Part shown: positions 1 through 13,200 of the stretch, piece after piece
Numbering within the stretch: position 1 is the first letter of the stretch
How the letters are laid out: every line of letters starts with the position of its first letter
Virus record (IMG/VR): IMGVR_UViG_3300046787_000286
Coordinates: 1-64,000 of that record
Direction: 5' to 3' (one strand)
DNA length: 64,000 nucleotides
Program-made: the position numbers and the translations under genes
Notes under the pieces: model-generated
The model's input: the letters and a program-made list of their open reading frames with translations, nothing else
Told to the model about the DNA's origin: nothing
The model's database searches: none

Positions 1-1237
1 TACAGACGGTAGCACATACACTGTAAGTTCGCGAGCACTTGAATATTTCTTTGGTTCTGTCTTGCAAAACCGTTTCTTCTTTTACGGTGCTGAACAAGTA
101 TATGATAGCAGAACTGGCACAGTGATTAAAGATTTTGTTAACGTGTTAAAGACAAACAGCAAGCCTGATAGTGCTTTGCCATTAGCAGAAGATATTAAAC
201 TTGATATTGTTGATCAACCTGTTCTTAGCGATGGGTTTGTTGATGACTTCCAAGTGCTAGTAAGTTTTAAAGATAGTGATGCCGACGGGGTTCCGGATAA
301 TCCCGACTTCTTCAACGACATTGTTGCACCAAGCGTAGATCCAACAACAAAGTTAGTTTTCTTAGAAAAGACAGTTGATTTTGATAATCTAGAAAGATAC
401 CTATTGGTAGAAAGCGGTCGTGTAAATTCTGAGTACAGCACACAAGATTCTATTGAGCTTGTTAAAGAACAATATGCAAACGGTCAAGTGTTTTATGCTA
501 CTACTGAAAAAGAATTTTATGAATTAGCAGTAAGTGTTGTTACTGGTATTAGAACATTGTCTAATGTTAGCGAAAGTTGGATAGCTCGCACTGGTAGACA
601 AAACTTATCGTTCCAGTATAGACACAACAGTCCGTTGACATCTAGAATCGATCCGGGTACAACTAACATTATTGATTTATATGTTGTAACCTCTCAGTAT
701 TATACAGCTTACCAAAATTATATTCGTGATGTAACTGGTACAGTCCCTGAGCCGACTCAACCAACAATCAACGAGCTAACAACAGCTTACCAAGGTCTAC
801 AAGATTTCAAGATGATCTCTGATACTGTAATTTTAAATTCAGTTGAGTTTAAACCATTGTTTGGCGAAAAAGCCGACCAAAGTTTGAGAGCAACTATCAA
901 AGTTATCAAGGCGTCTAACAGTACAGCAAGTGTTAGTGAAATTAAAAATTTAGTAGTTACATATATGAATGAATACTTTAGTATTGACAAATGGGATTTT
1001 GGAAACACATTCTACTTCTCGGAACTGGCTGCATATCTACACGATAACTTAGCAGGCGTAGTTAGCTCAATAGTGTTAGTGCCGCTAGACTCTCAGAAGA
1101 GTTTTGGTGATTTATACGAGATTAGATCGACACCGAGCCAAATCTTCGTGAATGCAGCGACAGTAAATAACATTGATGTGATTGAAGCCCTCACAAGTAC
1201 GAACCTTCGTACAGCACCGGGCAGTGGAGTAATATAA
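1..1237 (+). CDS. Baseplate wedge subunit (T4 gp6-like), 5'-partial
   Basis: Frame is open from position 2 (TDGSTYTVSSRALEYFF...). The C-terminus 'WDFGNTFYFSELAAYLH...SIVLVP' resembles the gp6/baseplate-J C-terminal region. Directly precedes the giant structural gene. Confidence 0.65.
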   Translation, partial: TDGSTYTVSSRALEYFFGSVLQNRFFFYGAEQVYDSRTGTVIKDFVNVLKTNSKPDSALPLAEDIKLDIVDQPVLSDGFVDDFQVLVSFKDSDADGVPDNPDFFNDIVAPSVDPTTKLVFLEKTVDFDNLERYLLVESGRVNSEYSTQDSIELVKEQYANGQVFYATTEKEFYELAVSVVTGIRTLSNVSESWIARTGRQNLSFQYRHNSPLTSRIDPGTTNIIDLYVVTSQYYTAYQNYIRDVTGTVPEPTQPTINELTTAYQGLQDFKMISDTVILNSVEFKPLFGEKADQSLRATIKVIKASNSTASVSEIKNLVVTYMNEYFSIDKWDFGNTFYFSELAAYLHDNLAGVVSSIVLVPLDSQKSFGDLYEIRSTPSQIFVNAATVNNIDVIEALTSTNLRTAPGSGVI

Positions 1238-1238
1238 G

Positions 1239-4200
1239 ATGGCACGAGTTAGAACAGTAGAATTTTTACCTGAGATTTTTCAAACTTCCACAAATAAACA
1301 ATTTCTTGCAGCAACGTTAGATCAACTAGTACAAGAACCAGCGTTTACTAAAATACAAGGGTTTGTTGGTCGTCGGGTTGGACCTGGAGTTAATCCCAGC
1401 GACGAATACATCAAGGAAGAAACTGATGTAAGAACAAATTATCAACTTGAGCCTGGTGTTGTAATCAAGAAGTACGACACAAACGAAGTCAGGGATGTTA
1501 TTACATATCCTGGTATCACTGACGCTATGGGGCTAGCAGGCGGTTTCACAGACAACTCAGATAGATTATACACCAGCGACTATTATACTTGGGATCCGTT
1601 TATTGATCTTGACAAGTTTTCGAACTTTAGTCAATACTATTGGATTCCAGCTGGCCCTAACTCAGTGGATGTTTTTGCAGGCCAGCTGCCATTAACTGAC
1701 ACATTTGATGTTGTTAGAGAAAACGGTGTTTATACATTTGGCGGCATAAGTGGAGACAACCCAGTTATTCGCTTGGTGCGCGGTGGCTCATACAATTTTA
1801 ATGTAGCACAAAATTCTAAAGAAACAGTTAACTATCGTGTAACCAATGATGGTATATCTTCTTTTGTAATTGATTATCAAAATAACCCAACACTGACATT
1901 AGTCAGAGGCAATACCTATGTATTCAATCTAACAAGAAATGAATATGCGTTTTATATCAAAACAGATGATACGTTAGGTACAACAAATCAATATACCAGT
2001 GGAGTAACAAACAACGGTTCTGTCAATGGACGAGTTACATTTACTGTGCCGCAAGACGCTCCAGATACATTGTATTACTGCAATGACGTTCAACGAAATC
2101 TCAAAGGTACGTTAAACATTGTCGACGCAGTTCCAGGAACAGGACCAGGATTCTGGATTCAAGTTGACCCAGGAGTTGATGGTAAATTAATTTCTACACC
2201 TAACATTAGCAGCAGGGATGTGTTTGGTGTTGTTAACAACGGCGAAGACCTAGGCACTGTAACTTTTAATGTGCCGCTAGCAACTGATCAAAATTTCTAT
2301 TACAGTTTAACTAATATTAACAGTAGTCTAACAACCAACGGTGTTGACCTAGTTACTTCTTTAAAGTTTAACCAAATTAACAATGTTTTTGTTGATCAGT
2401 TCTTAATTCAGAACCCAACAGGCATCGATGGCATTACAAACTTAGACGGCAAAACAGTTATATTCTTAGAACAACAATCTGACGCCGAGGCCGGTGGCTG
2501 GGAAGTTACTACACAATTTGATCCACTAGTTGAATCTTCAGACAACAACGGTCGTCTAGGATCATACGATACAACATTGTTTGATCAGACTACAATTATC
2601 AATCCGGCACAACGTTATAGTGTGTGGCAAATAAGCTATGTTACTACCGAAGGCGGCAACAAATATCTTAAATTGAATCCTGTAATTGCAGTAAACAATC
2701 TCGAAAAGTTTTCAATTTTATCTGGGACTGCATACTCAAGCACTGAGTGGTTTAAAAATTCAGTTGGCGTGTTTGAGCAAGTTCCACTACTAACTGCGGT
2801 TAAAACAACCTTGTACTATCAAGACGCCACAGATCCAGAAATTTTTGGTAGAATTCAAATTGTTGACGAGCAAAATGCAGGAACGTTGGATGTTAACGAA
2901 ATCATTGGCAAGAAAAATTATACTAGCCCAAATGGTGTAGTGTTCACCAACGGATTAAAAATTACTTTCATTGGTAATGTTGAGCCGGCAAGCTATCAAA
3001 ACAACAGCTATTACATCGAAGGTGTTGGTACAGCAATTAAACTGCTACCAGTTGGAAATTTTGTAACTCCAGAAACATATACACAAAGCGCAACTATTCC
3101 TTACGATAGCAGTGCATACGATGTTGGTAACTTTGATGCAAGTTTAAACCAGCCGTTGGTCCCAGACTATCTTACTATCAATAGAGCAAGCCTTGATCTT
3201 AACCCGTGGACACGATCTAACCGTTGGTTCCACATTGATGTTATTAATGCGTCTGCAGAATACAACAATACTGTTCCGGTCCTGGATAATAATTTTAGAG
3301 CAAAACGCCCTATTATTGAATTCCGCGCTGGCACACGATTATTTGATTTCGGCACAGAAGGTAAAGAACCAGTTGACATTATTGATTTTGCTGCTACAGA
3401 TGCGTTAAGCACAATTAACGGTAGTGTGGGTTATAGTATCGACGGGTATTCGTTTATCAATGGCTCTAGAGTTATTTTTGCAGCAGATGCTGACCCAGCA
3501 GTTCGTAATAAAATTTACGTAGTTGAATTTATTACGCCAGACACAGTTGCACCTCTAATTGCAGAGCCAATTATCAATCTTGTGCCAGCGTCTGACGCAG
3601 ACATTAAAGCAGAACAAACTGTAGTATGTTTGTCTGGCATTATTCAACAAGGTAAGAGTTTCTACTTTGATGGCGTTGAGTGGTTAGAATCACAACAAAA
3701 GACTCAAACCAACCAGGCACCGTTGTTTAATGTGTATGACATTAACGGTGTTAGTCTCGGTGACCGTATTACATATCCATCAACTAACTTTGTTGGTAGT
3801 AGACTATTCTCGTACGCAGTAGGCACCGGCACAGATGATACTGTGTTAGGTTTCCCGCTAAAGTATTTGAGCTTGAGTAACGTTGGAGATATTGTATTTG
3901 ATAACAACTTATACTCGGACCAGTTCACCTACACCAAAGACAGTGTGTCAAATACTGAGTTTATTAGTCAAGGTAGCGTAAGAGAATACAGCACAAGAAT
4001 AGCGTATGTAAAAGAAATTGGCTGGCAACCGGCCGCAGCAAAAAGTGCAGCTAGACAACAGTTTAGCTTTACATATGACGGCAGTCCGTTAGTGTTAGAC
4101 ATTCCAGTTGATACAACTTCTGTGTTCCCGGCACTTCAAATTTATGTAAGCGGTATTTTTATTGACCCTAACGATTATACCTACACTGTGACCAACGATA

Positions 4201-7200
4201 CTACAACTATTGTAATCAATACTGTTGACGAGTTTGGTGGCATCGGTAGTAACATTGAAGTTGATGCATTAAGCAATCTAACAAGCAAATATGGATTCTA
4301 TCAAGTCCCTGTTAACTTAGAAAACAACCCATTAAACGGGAACAGTAAAACATTCACACTAGGTACAGTTAGATCTCACTATGAGTCTATTGGCGAAAAC
4401 CTTAAAGGGCTGACAGGCAAGATCAACGGTGCTAACAACAGCCGTGACCTAGGCAATATTATTCCCTACGGCGAAAATATCTTGCAACAAAGTTCGCCAA
4501 TGACTTTAGCTGGCTATTTTATGCGTAGCCAAGAATATAATATTTTTGCCTCGCTCGAATACAACAGCCGCGAATATGAAAAATTTAAAGCACAGTTGTT
4601 AGATACTGTAACTCGTAACGATTACACGAACTACACTATTCCTAACATGCTTACAGCAGCAATCAATGACATTAATACTGGCAAGATTGAAACATCGCCA
4701 TTTTACTGGTCAGACATGTTGCCAGCTAGTTCTATCTACAGCCAGAATGTTGTAAAAATTACTCCTATCAGTACAAATGTGTTTGATTTGTCGACCACTT
4801 ACGACTTTACAAGTTCGAATTACAAAGGATTGTTAGTTTACTTGAACGATACGCTGCTAACGATCGACAAAGATTACACTGTATCTTCGGATAGTCCTCA
4901 ATTAACTATCACAGCTACATTAGCTGTTGGTAATACTGTTACTATTAGAGAGTATCCTACTACCAATGGTAATTTTGTTCCAAACACTCCGACGAAAATG
5001 GGATTGTATCCTGCGTACAGACCACGCATTTATGTAGACACAAACTACGTAAATCCTCAAACAATGATTCTAGGACACGACGGCAGTCTAACTGTTGCGT
5101 TTGGTGATTTCCGTGACGAACTGTTGTTGGAGTTCGAAACTCGTATTTTTAATAACTTAAAAGTCCATAGTAAGATTCCAGTAACCGCAGTTGATGTTAT
5201 TCCTGGACAATTTAGAACAACTGATTATACACTAAACGAAATTAATACTATCTTGTCAACTGACTTCTTGAGTTGGATTGGCTGGAACAAACTTAACTAC
5301 CAGTCACAAGATTACGTTTCAACAAATGAGTTTACATGGAATTATAGTGCATGCGGTAACAAATTAACTGGACCGAATGAAGTTCCTGTGCCAGTTGGCG
5401 CATGGAGAGGGTTGTATCAATTCTTCTACGATACCACTAGCCCAAACACTACACCTTGGGAAATGCTTGGATTCAGTATTGAGCCAACATGGTGGGAAGA
5501 CGTATATGGTGCAGCACCATACACTAGCGACAACTTAGTTCTATGGGATGACCTTGCAGCCGGTAAAGTTGCAGATCCTTCTGGCGAGTATTACTTGCCG
5601 CAGTATGCTCGCCCACGTTTAACTGAAGTTATCCCAACTGGAACCGAGGGCGAATTGTTAAGCCCGTTCGACAGTGTAGTCGGCACTTATGATTCAAGTC
5701 AATTCCAAAAATCTTGGGCAGTTGGCGACGAAGGTCCAGTTGAGTACTCATGGAGAAGAAGTTCTAGCTATCCATTTGCAGTAATGCGTTTGTTGGCACT
5801 AACTCGTCCTGCAGAATTCTTCTCATTGTTTGCTGACAGAGATCTTTATAAGTTTGATACTGATTACAACCAGTATCTTTATAATGGACGTTATAGACTT
5901 GATGCTAACGGTGTTCAGGTATATGGCCTGGGTACAAGTAAAGCTAGTTTTATTAACTGGATTGTTGACTATAACCAGCAAACAGGAGTACACACTTCTG
6001 AAAATTTAACAAAAGATCTTGCAAGCCTTGACGTTCGCTTGTGCTATCGTGTTGGTGCGTTTACTGATAAACAATACTTAAAGATTTACACAGAGAAGTC
6101 TAGTCCGAATAGTTTGAATTCTAGCTTGTTGCTGCCAGACGAAAGTTATAGCTTGATGCTATACAAAAATCAACCGTTTGAACGCATAATATACAGTTCT
6201 GTTATTTTCCAAATGGTAGAAAATGGTTATGCAGTTTACGGTTATAGCATTACTGCGCCATATTTTAATACATTGGTTAGTAAAACTTACGGCACAAAAA
6301 CTACAATTAGTGCAGGCGGCCAAAGTATAACTGTTCCTACTCAGTACACAGATGAAGTTGTGCAGGTGCCGTACGGATATGTGTTTACTAACAAAACTGT
6401 AGTGATTGACTTCTTGTTAAGTTACGGTGCGTTACTCGAACAACAAGGTGTAGTGTTCAGCGACAGAGAAAATGGATACACTCTCAACTGGAATCAGATG
6501 GCTCAGGAATTTTTATATTGGGCTAATCAAGGATGGGAGCCAGGCGCAGTTATTAACCTTAATCCAACTGCATTTAGCTTAACTGCTATTCAGCCACAAG
6601 CTATTATTGATAGCATTGTGGCACAAACTCCTGAGAACAGTATACTTGACCAAAATAGATCTACTGTGCCTGTGCGCAACTTAGTAGTAGATCGTAACGA
6701 AAATGTCTTCAAGGTGTCGACATTAAATGAACAAACTATTAGCTATCTAGATCTTAAATTTACAAATTACGAAAGTATTGTTGTATTAGATAATATTAGT
6801 GTCTTCAATGATTTAATTTACGAACCTGTAACAGGCGCACGCCAAAGCAGAATTAACGTCACTGCTATTATTAATTCTGACTGGAACGGTCAATTAGATG
6901 CACAAGGATTTATTTTCAATAACAGTGCAACCATTGAGCCATGGTCTTCGTTGAAAAAATATGCCAAGGGCGAAATTGTTACCTATAAGAACAACTACTG
7001 GGCAGCGCAAACTATTGTGCAACCTAAGTTAGAATTTGATTACAGCGATTGGGTCAAGAGCGACTATACAAAAATTCAAAAGGGATTGCTGCAAAACTTA
7101 CCGAACCTAAGTGATCAATTGGCCAATTCTTATAACACAAATAGTGCTAACTTGGAAACAGATCAAGATTTAGTATCATTTGGGTTGATTGGATTCCGTC

Positions 7201-10200
7201 CTAGAGAATACATGTCTGCACTGAACCTTGACGACGTTAGTCAAGTTAACGTGTACAAACAATTCCTTAAGGATAAAGGAACAATTCGAAGCATACAACT
7301 GATTGGCAACGCCAAGGCAGACAAAGAAGTTGCAGAATACAGCCTTTACGAAAACTGGGCAATCCTTCGCGGAGCATACGGTGCCACTGCAAATAAGAGC
7401 TTCATTGAGTTAAGACTAAACGAAGCATTATTGTTAGCAGATCCTGCAACAATTCAAATTGTTAATGTTGGACAAGAAAGCCAGGCAGACCAGCAAATTT
7501 TATTAAGCGATTTGTGGAGACAAAGTTACAAGATCCCAACAACGGATGTATTCCCAACAACCACAACACCAATACAAGATTCTTCATTGCCTACTGCCGG
7601 CTATGTTAATCTTGACGACGTTGACATTACGGTGTTCTCGTTGGATGCTAATTTAGCATTAGCACCAGGTGTATTAAATTCTATTGGAGCAGGTACAACC
7701 ATCTGGGCTGCAAAAATTAATGCATATGATTGGGGGGTGTACCGTTGTATGCCAGTTCCTGGATCAGTGCAACAAGTAACTTCTAATTTGAATTCTACTG
7801 CGATTGTTACATTCACTGGTAAACACAATTTAGCATTAAATGATATTATTGTGATTCAAAACTTTGCTAGCAGCGTTGACGGAGTTCATCGAGTGTTATC
7901 AGTGCCATCTGCTAATACAGTAGTAATTGAAGCACCGATAACAAGAAATGTTATAGGCAGCGGCGTTGCAGTTGTTCTTAGAACCATGCGTGTTTCTCAA
8001 GCCAGTGACGTTATTAATTTAAGTTATGCCAATGAGCTTACTGCTGGTGCTAAAGCATGGGTAGACGACAACGGCAGTGGCTTATGGCAAGTGCTCGAAA
8101 AGCAAACCCCGTTCTCTCAGACAACAGTTGATTCTCTTCCATTGGATACACCTGTATACGGCGCACAATTTGGTAGTTCCGTGGCACAGGGTAATCAGAA
8201 TATTATTGCTGCTGTGGGCGCACCTGGGTATAGAACTCCTTACGAAGAGTCAACCCCAATTGGTGCAGTGTATCCTTATCTAAGAGATAATTCAAATAGA
8301 TATGCTGAGAATACTATACTTAATTTAGGAACAACTGGCACTCTTGGTTACGGCAATGCAGTTGACATTGGTTATCAAAGTTGGCTGGCAGCAGGCGCAA
8401 GTGCATCTAACAATAATATGGGGTATGCTTCGGCAGTATACCGAGCAGAAGATAGCAATTCGTTTGAACAACGACAGCTTCTAGTTGCTCCAGACCAGGA
8501 TTTTGGTAGCGGTGAATTTGGTTACTCTGTATCAGTTAGCAAAGACGAGCAATGGATGTATGTTGGCGCTCCGGGCAACAACAAAGTTTATGCATTTGCA
8601 CGTCGGGATGTAGAATTACAAGTATCTCGTCACACTACTAATGGAGTTACAAAAATTTATTCATTCACTAACGAAATTGTTATTGATCCTGAATATCCTG
8701 AACAACTTTCTGTAGTTTATAACAACAAATTGTTAACATATGGTGTTGACTATTCTGTAACTGGAACTAGTGTTGTATTGACTACATTACCTCCAGCTGA
8801 TCAGCTAGTTATTATTCAACGTAAACAAGGTCAGATACTAGATACTCAAACGTATTATGATTTAAGTCAAGATAGCACATCAGGTGCTGGTACCGGCGCA
8901 GTGTTTACAATTACAAACACACGAGGAGAATATTTTGTAACAATTTCTTCCCTAGGTGAAGACTATGTTGTCAGCGATACTGTAACATTTGATGGATCAA
9001 CCCTGGGAACAGAAAATTCTTTACCTAGTACTCCAACTACTCCTGCAAACGATTTAGTGTTAACAGTAACTGGTGTCGACGACAACGGTGGAATTACTGC
9101 ATTTACTATTAGCGGAAACGGTATAACAAACAATTATATTTTCCCTATTAATCCATATCTATATGGAATTGAAAATATTTGGTCAATGTCTGTAACAGTC
9201 AACGGAATTTTACAAAGACCGTTTATTGACTACGACTTTAATACCGACAGTGCAGAGGCGTTCGACATTGTGTTTAACACCGTGCCAGCCGCTGGTACAA
9301 ATATCGCAGTTACAGCAAAGACGCAATTTACATTTGTTGATACACTTTCTGTAACAGGGCTATCTCCGATAGATAGATTTGGTACAAGTCTCGCACAAAC
9401 AGACGGCGGAAGATTTGTTGTTGTTGGAGCATCCGATGCAAACACTACTGCTAATAAGAGCGGTGCTAGCTATGTGTTCAGCCGAGGATTTATCAAGTAC
9501 ATTATTGATGATGCGTCTCAAACAACATTTGAATTGCCAGCAGCGTTTAACAGTCCTGCGGCAGTGATCCTCAACGGACAGTATCTAACTAATTCTGCAC
9601 AGTATATCAACGGACAATATTCAATTGTTGGAACAGATGTAATCCTTAACAGTTCTGTAGTATTGAATGTTGGTGATGTGATTGAGATAGAAAATAATAT
9701 TTTCCATCTAATTCAAACTGTAGCAGCTGGGACTCCATCTGACAATGCTAAGTTTGGTAGCTCATTGGATATTTGCCCAACTAATTGTAGTCTTTACATC
9801 GGATCGCCAACTGATAGCTCAGTGCAAGCTCGAGCAGGATCAGTAGATCGATATGTAAACCAATCTAGATTATACGGAGTGATAACATCTACTAATGAGT
9901 ATCCAACCCTAGTACCAGGCGGGACTATTCTTGTTAGCGGCTTTGAAGTTACATTATCAACTCCCGAGACATGGGACTCGCTAGTAGAATACGCAAAAGG
10001 TGATTTTGTTATTACCAATGGTGATATTTACGAAGCTATTCGAACTGTTCCTGTCCCTACACAAATCACTAATACAGATTACTGGAAAGCAAGTAGTTGG
10101 ATTGAGCTACTATCGTCAGACATTAATTCTGCAAGTTTGCCAAATATTACATCGTCGGTTAGAAACGGTCTAATGACAATCAGTGTTATTAACTCAGACG

Positions 10201-13200
10201 CTGCAACAGAATTTAATAAACTATCAGTGCTACCGGGCATTACGTCTACACTGTTTGATGATGTAGGGTTCGACGTTTATGTACATACACAAACAATCAC
10301 AAGCCCTTATCCATCTGTGAATGCAAATTTTGGCACATCTTTGGCAATATCATCTGATGCATTGACATTGATTGTAGGTGCACCGGGCGGTAACACTTAT
10401 GAGCCTGTTACATTTGACGACAACACTACTGTATTCGATGATAGAAGTACAGCGTTCTTCTCATCAGTAATTGAAGGCGGTGTAGTGTATTCATATGATA
10501 TGTTACAGAGTGCAAACTCGAGCATTGCAAATCCTGTTAAATTTGTGTTTGGACAACAAATTTATAACAGCGGAGTAGAGCCACTTGACCAATGGGGCAC
10601 TGCGGTTAGTTATGTTAGCGGTAGATTGTTAGTGGGCGCACCGGGCAGTGACCTTGGCGATAGCTCAGTGAACTACGGCAAGGTAGGTGTATTTGAAAAT
10701 ACAACAAATCGACCAGCATGGTATCCTATACATGTTCAAGAGCCCACAGCAGATGTGACGTTGTTTAACAATGTCTACATGTATAATAAGCTGCAATCAA
10801 GTAAGACATACTTCCTTGATTATATCAATCCGTTACAAGGTAAAATTCTTGGAGCCGCAAGACAGAACATTGATTTTATCGGATCAGACGACCCTGCAAA
10901 ATATAATGCAGGTCCAATGAATAACAATGGTAATTTCTGGGCAGAAGAAAATGTAGGAAAAATTTGGTGGGATATTAGATCTGCTAGATTCATTGATCCA
11001 AGTCAGAATGACATTGTCTATACAAGCCGTCGATGGGGCCAACTATTCCCAGGAAGCACAGTTGACATTTATCAATGGGTTGAAAGTGCTGTTCCTCCAG
11101 CATCATATTCTGGACAAGGTACTCCATTAAATGTCACTAGTTATACAGTTAGAACAAACTTGAACCAACAAGGTGTGTTTGTCACTAGCTATTACTTCTG
11201 GGTGTCAGGTATTGATATCATTAATACCAACGCCGGTAAAACATTAAGCACAACAGGCATCGCAAGATATATTGAAAATCCTCGTAGCTCAGGAATCTCT
11301 TACATTGCACCAATTAATTCTAGCACAATCGCTTTGTATAATTCGATAGAATACCTAAGCGCATCAGATACTATTATTAACATTGGGTTTGATAGGGAAC
11401 GTAACGATGATAATATTCATACTGAATATGAATTGATTGCACAGGATAGTCCAGATAGCTTCTTGAGTGATAATTTGTATAAAAAGTTGCAAGATAGTTT
11501 CTGTGGAGTGAATGCTGCCGGTGCCCTTGTGCCAGACGTTACGTTGAGCCCAGCCGAACGTTATGGTGTTCAGTTCCGTCCTCGACAAAGCATGTTTGTG
11601 GACAGATTTAATGCTCTTAACAATTACCTAACATATTCTAACTCAGTGTTAGCGAAGTTCCCAATTACTGAAACTCGCTCATTCATCTTGTTGAATAGTT
11701 TGGAACCTGAGCCGACTGCTGCTAGCGGAGAATGGAATAAGAGATTAAACAACATTCAAGAATTGTCATATCAAAACTTGTCAGAAGTTAACATCGGTTA
11801 CAAATATCTAATAGATTCAGACAGTAGTAACGGCGGCTTATGGACTATCTACACAGTGGTCCAGGGTACTGACTTAATTGGCGCACCTCGTTATACTCAA
11901 CTATCAAGAGTGCAAAACTATGATACAAGAAAATATTGGAGTTATATCAATTGGTTCGAAACTGGATACAACAATACACAAGTTTTAGTCGCCGAAGTTC
12001 CAATTTACGCAGACTTGGTTACAATAGAATTAACCACCCCAGTTGGCGCTAGCGTAAAAGTTACTGCCAACGCACAAAACAAGTGGGAGATCTATCAACG
12101 AATTGTTGACGGATGGACTCGTGTTGGTTTAGAAGATGGCACAATTGCGTTTAGTGATGTGTTATGGGATTATGCTGCTGGACGATTTGGATTTGACGTT
12201 GAAGTTTTTGATGTGCAATACTTTGACTCGGAGCCAGTTATTGAAACTAGAAAAATCATCCAAGCAATTAACGAAGAATTGTTCATTGACGATTTAGCAA
12301 TTTATCGTAACAAAGCATTGATCTTGGCATTTAACTACATGCTGAGTGAGTTTGAAGCACCTGAGTGGTTAACTAAGACCAGTCTGATCGATGTAAATCA
12401 CAAGATTCGTGAGTTGTTGCCGTTCCAAATCTTCCGACAAGATAACCAAGACTTTGTGCTTGATTACATTCAAGAAGTTAAACCTTACCATGTACAAATT
12501 AGAGAATTTAATTTAACATACAATGGCCAGGACTTATATGATGGGCAAATGACTGACTTTGATGTGCCTGCATATTATGATCGCTTGCTTGATATTCCTC
12601 GTTACATTAGTCCAGTATTATTGCCATACACAAAGAGTGGCGCAGTAGGAACAGGAACTCCAAACGGGGATTCTGATGCATATAGCGACGCTGAAGTTTG
12701 GACACGTTGGCCTTGGAGTCAATGGTATACAAATTATCTGTTAAGCATTGAAAGTGTTAACATGATTGCCGGCGGCACAGGATACACAGAACCACCGTTA
12801 GTTACTGTGACTGGTGAGTGCGAGGTACCGGCTGAGCTGGAAGCAGTGATTAACAGTGCCGGAGCAGTTGTTGCAATCAATGTCATCGAACCGGGTGTTG
12901 GTTATTCAACTACAGCAGTGATTACCATTACTGAAGGTAACGGAGTCGGTGCAAGAGCTTATGCAGTTATGGGCAACCAACTGGTAAGATCTATTAAGAC
13001 TACTATCAAATATGATCGTTGCGAGTATACTTCGACTATTGTTAACTGGGAAGCGAACACAACTTATGCTGCCGGTAGTTTAGTACGTTACGAAGACCAA
13101 GTTTGGGAAGCAGATTCTAGTATTACAACCGCAACATTTGATCCAGATTTTTGGACACAAGTCCCGGCTAATATATTAGGTGCAGCTGATCGTGTACAAG

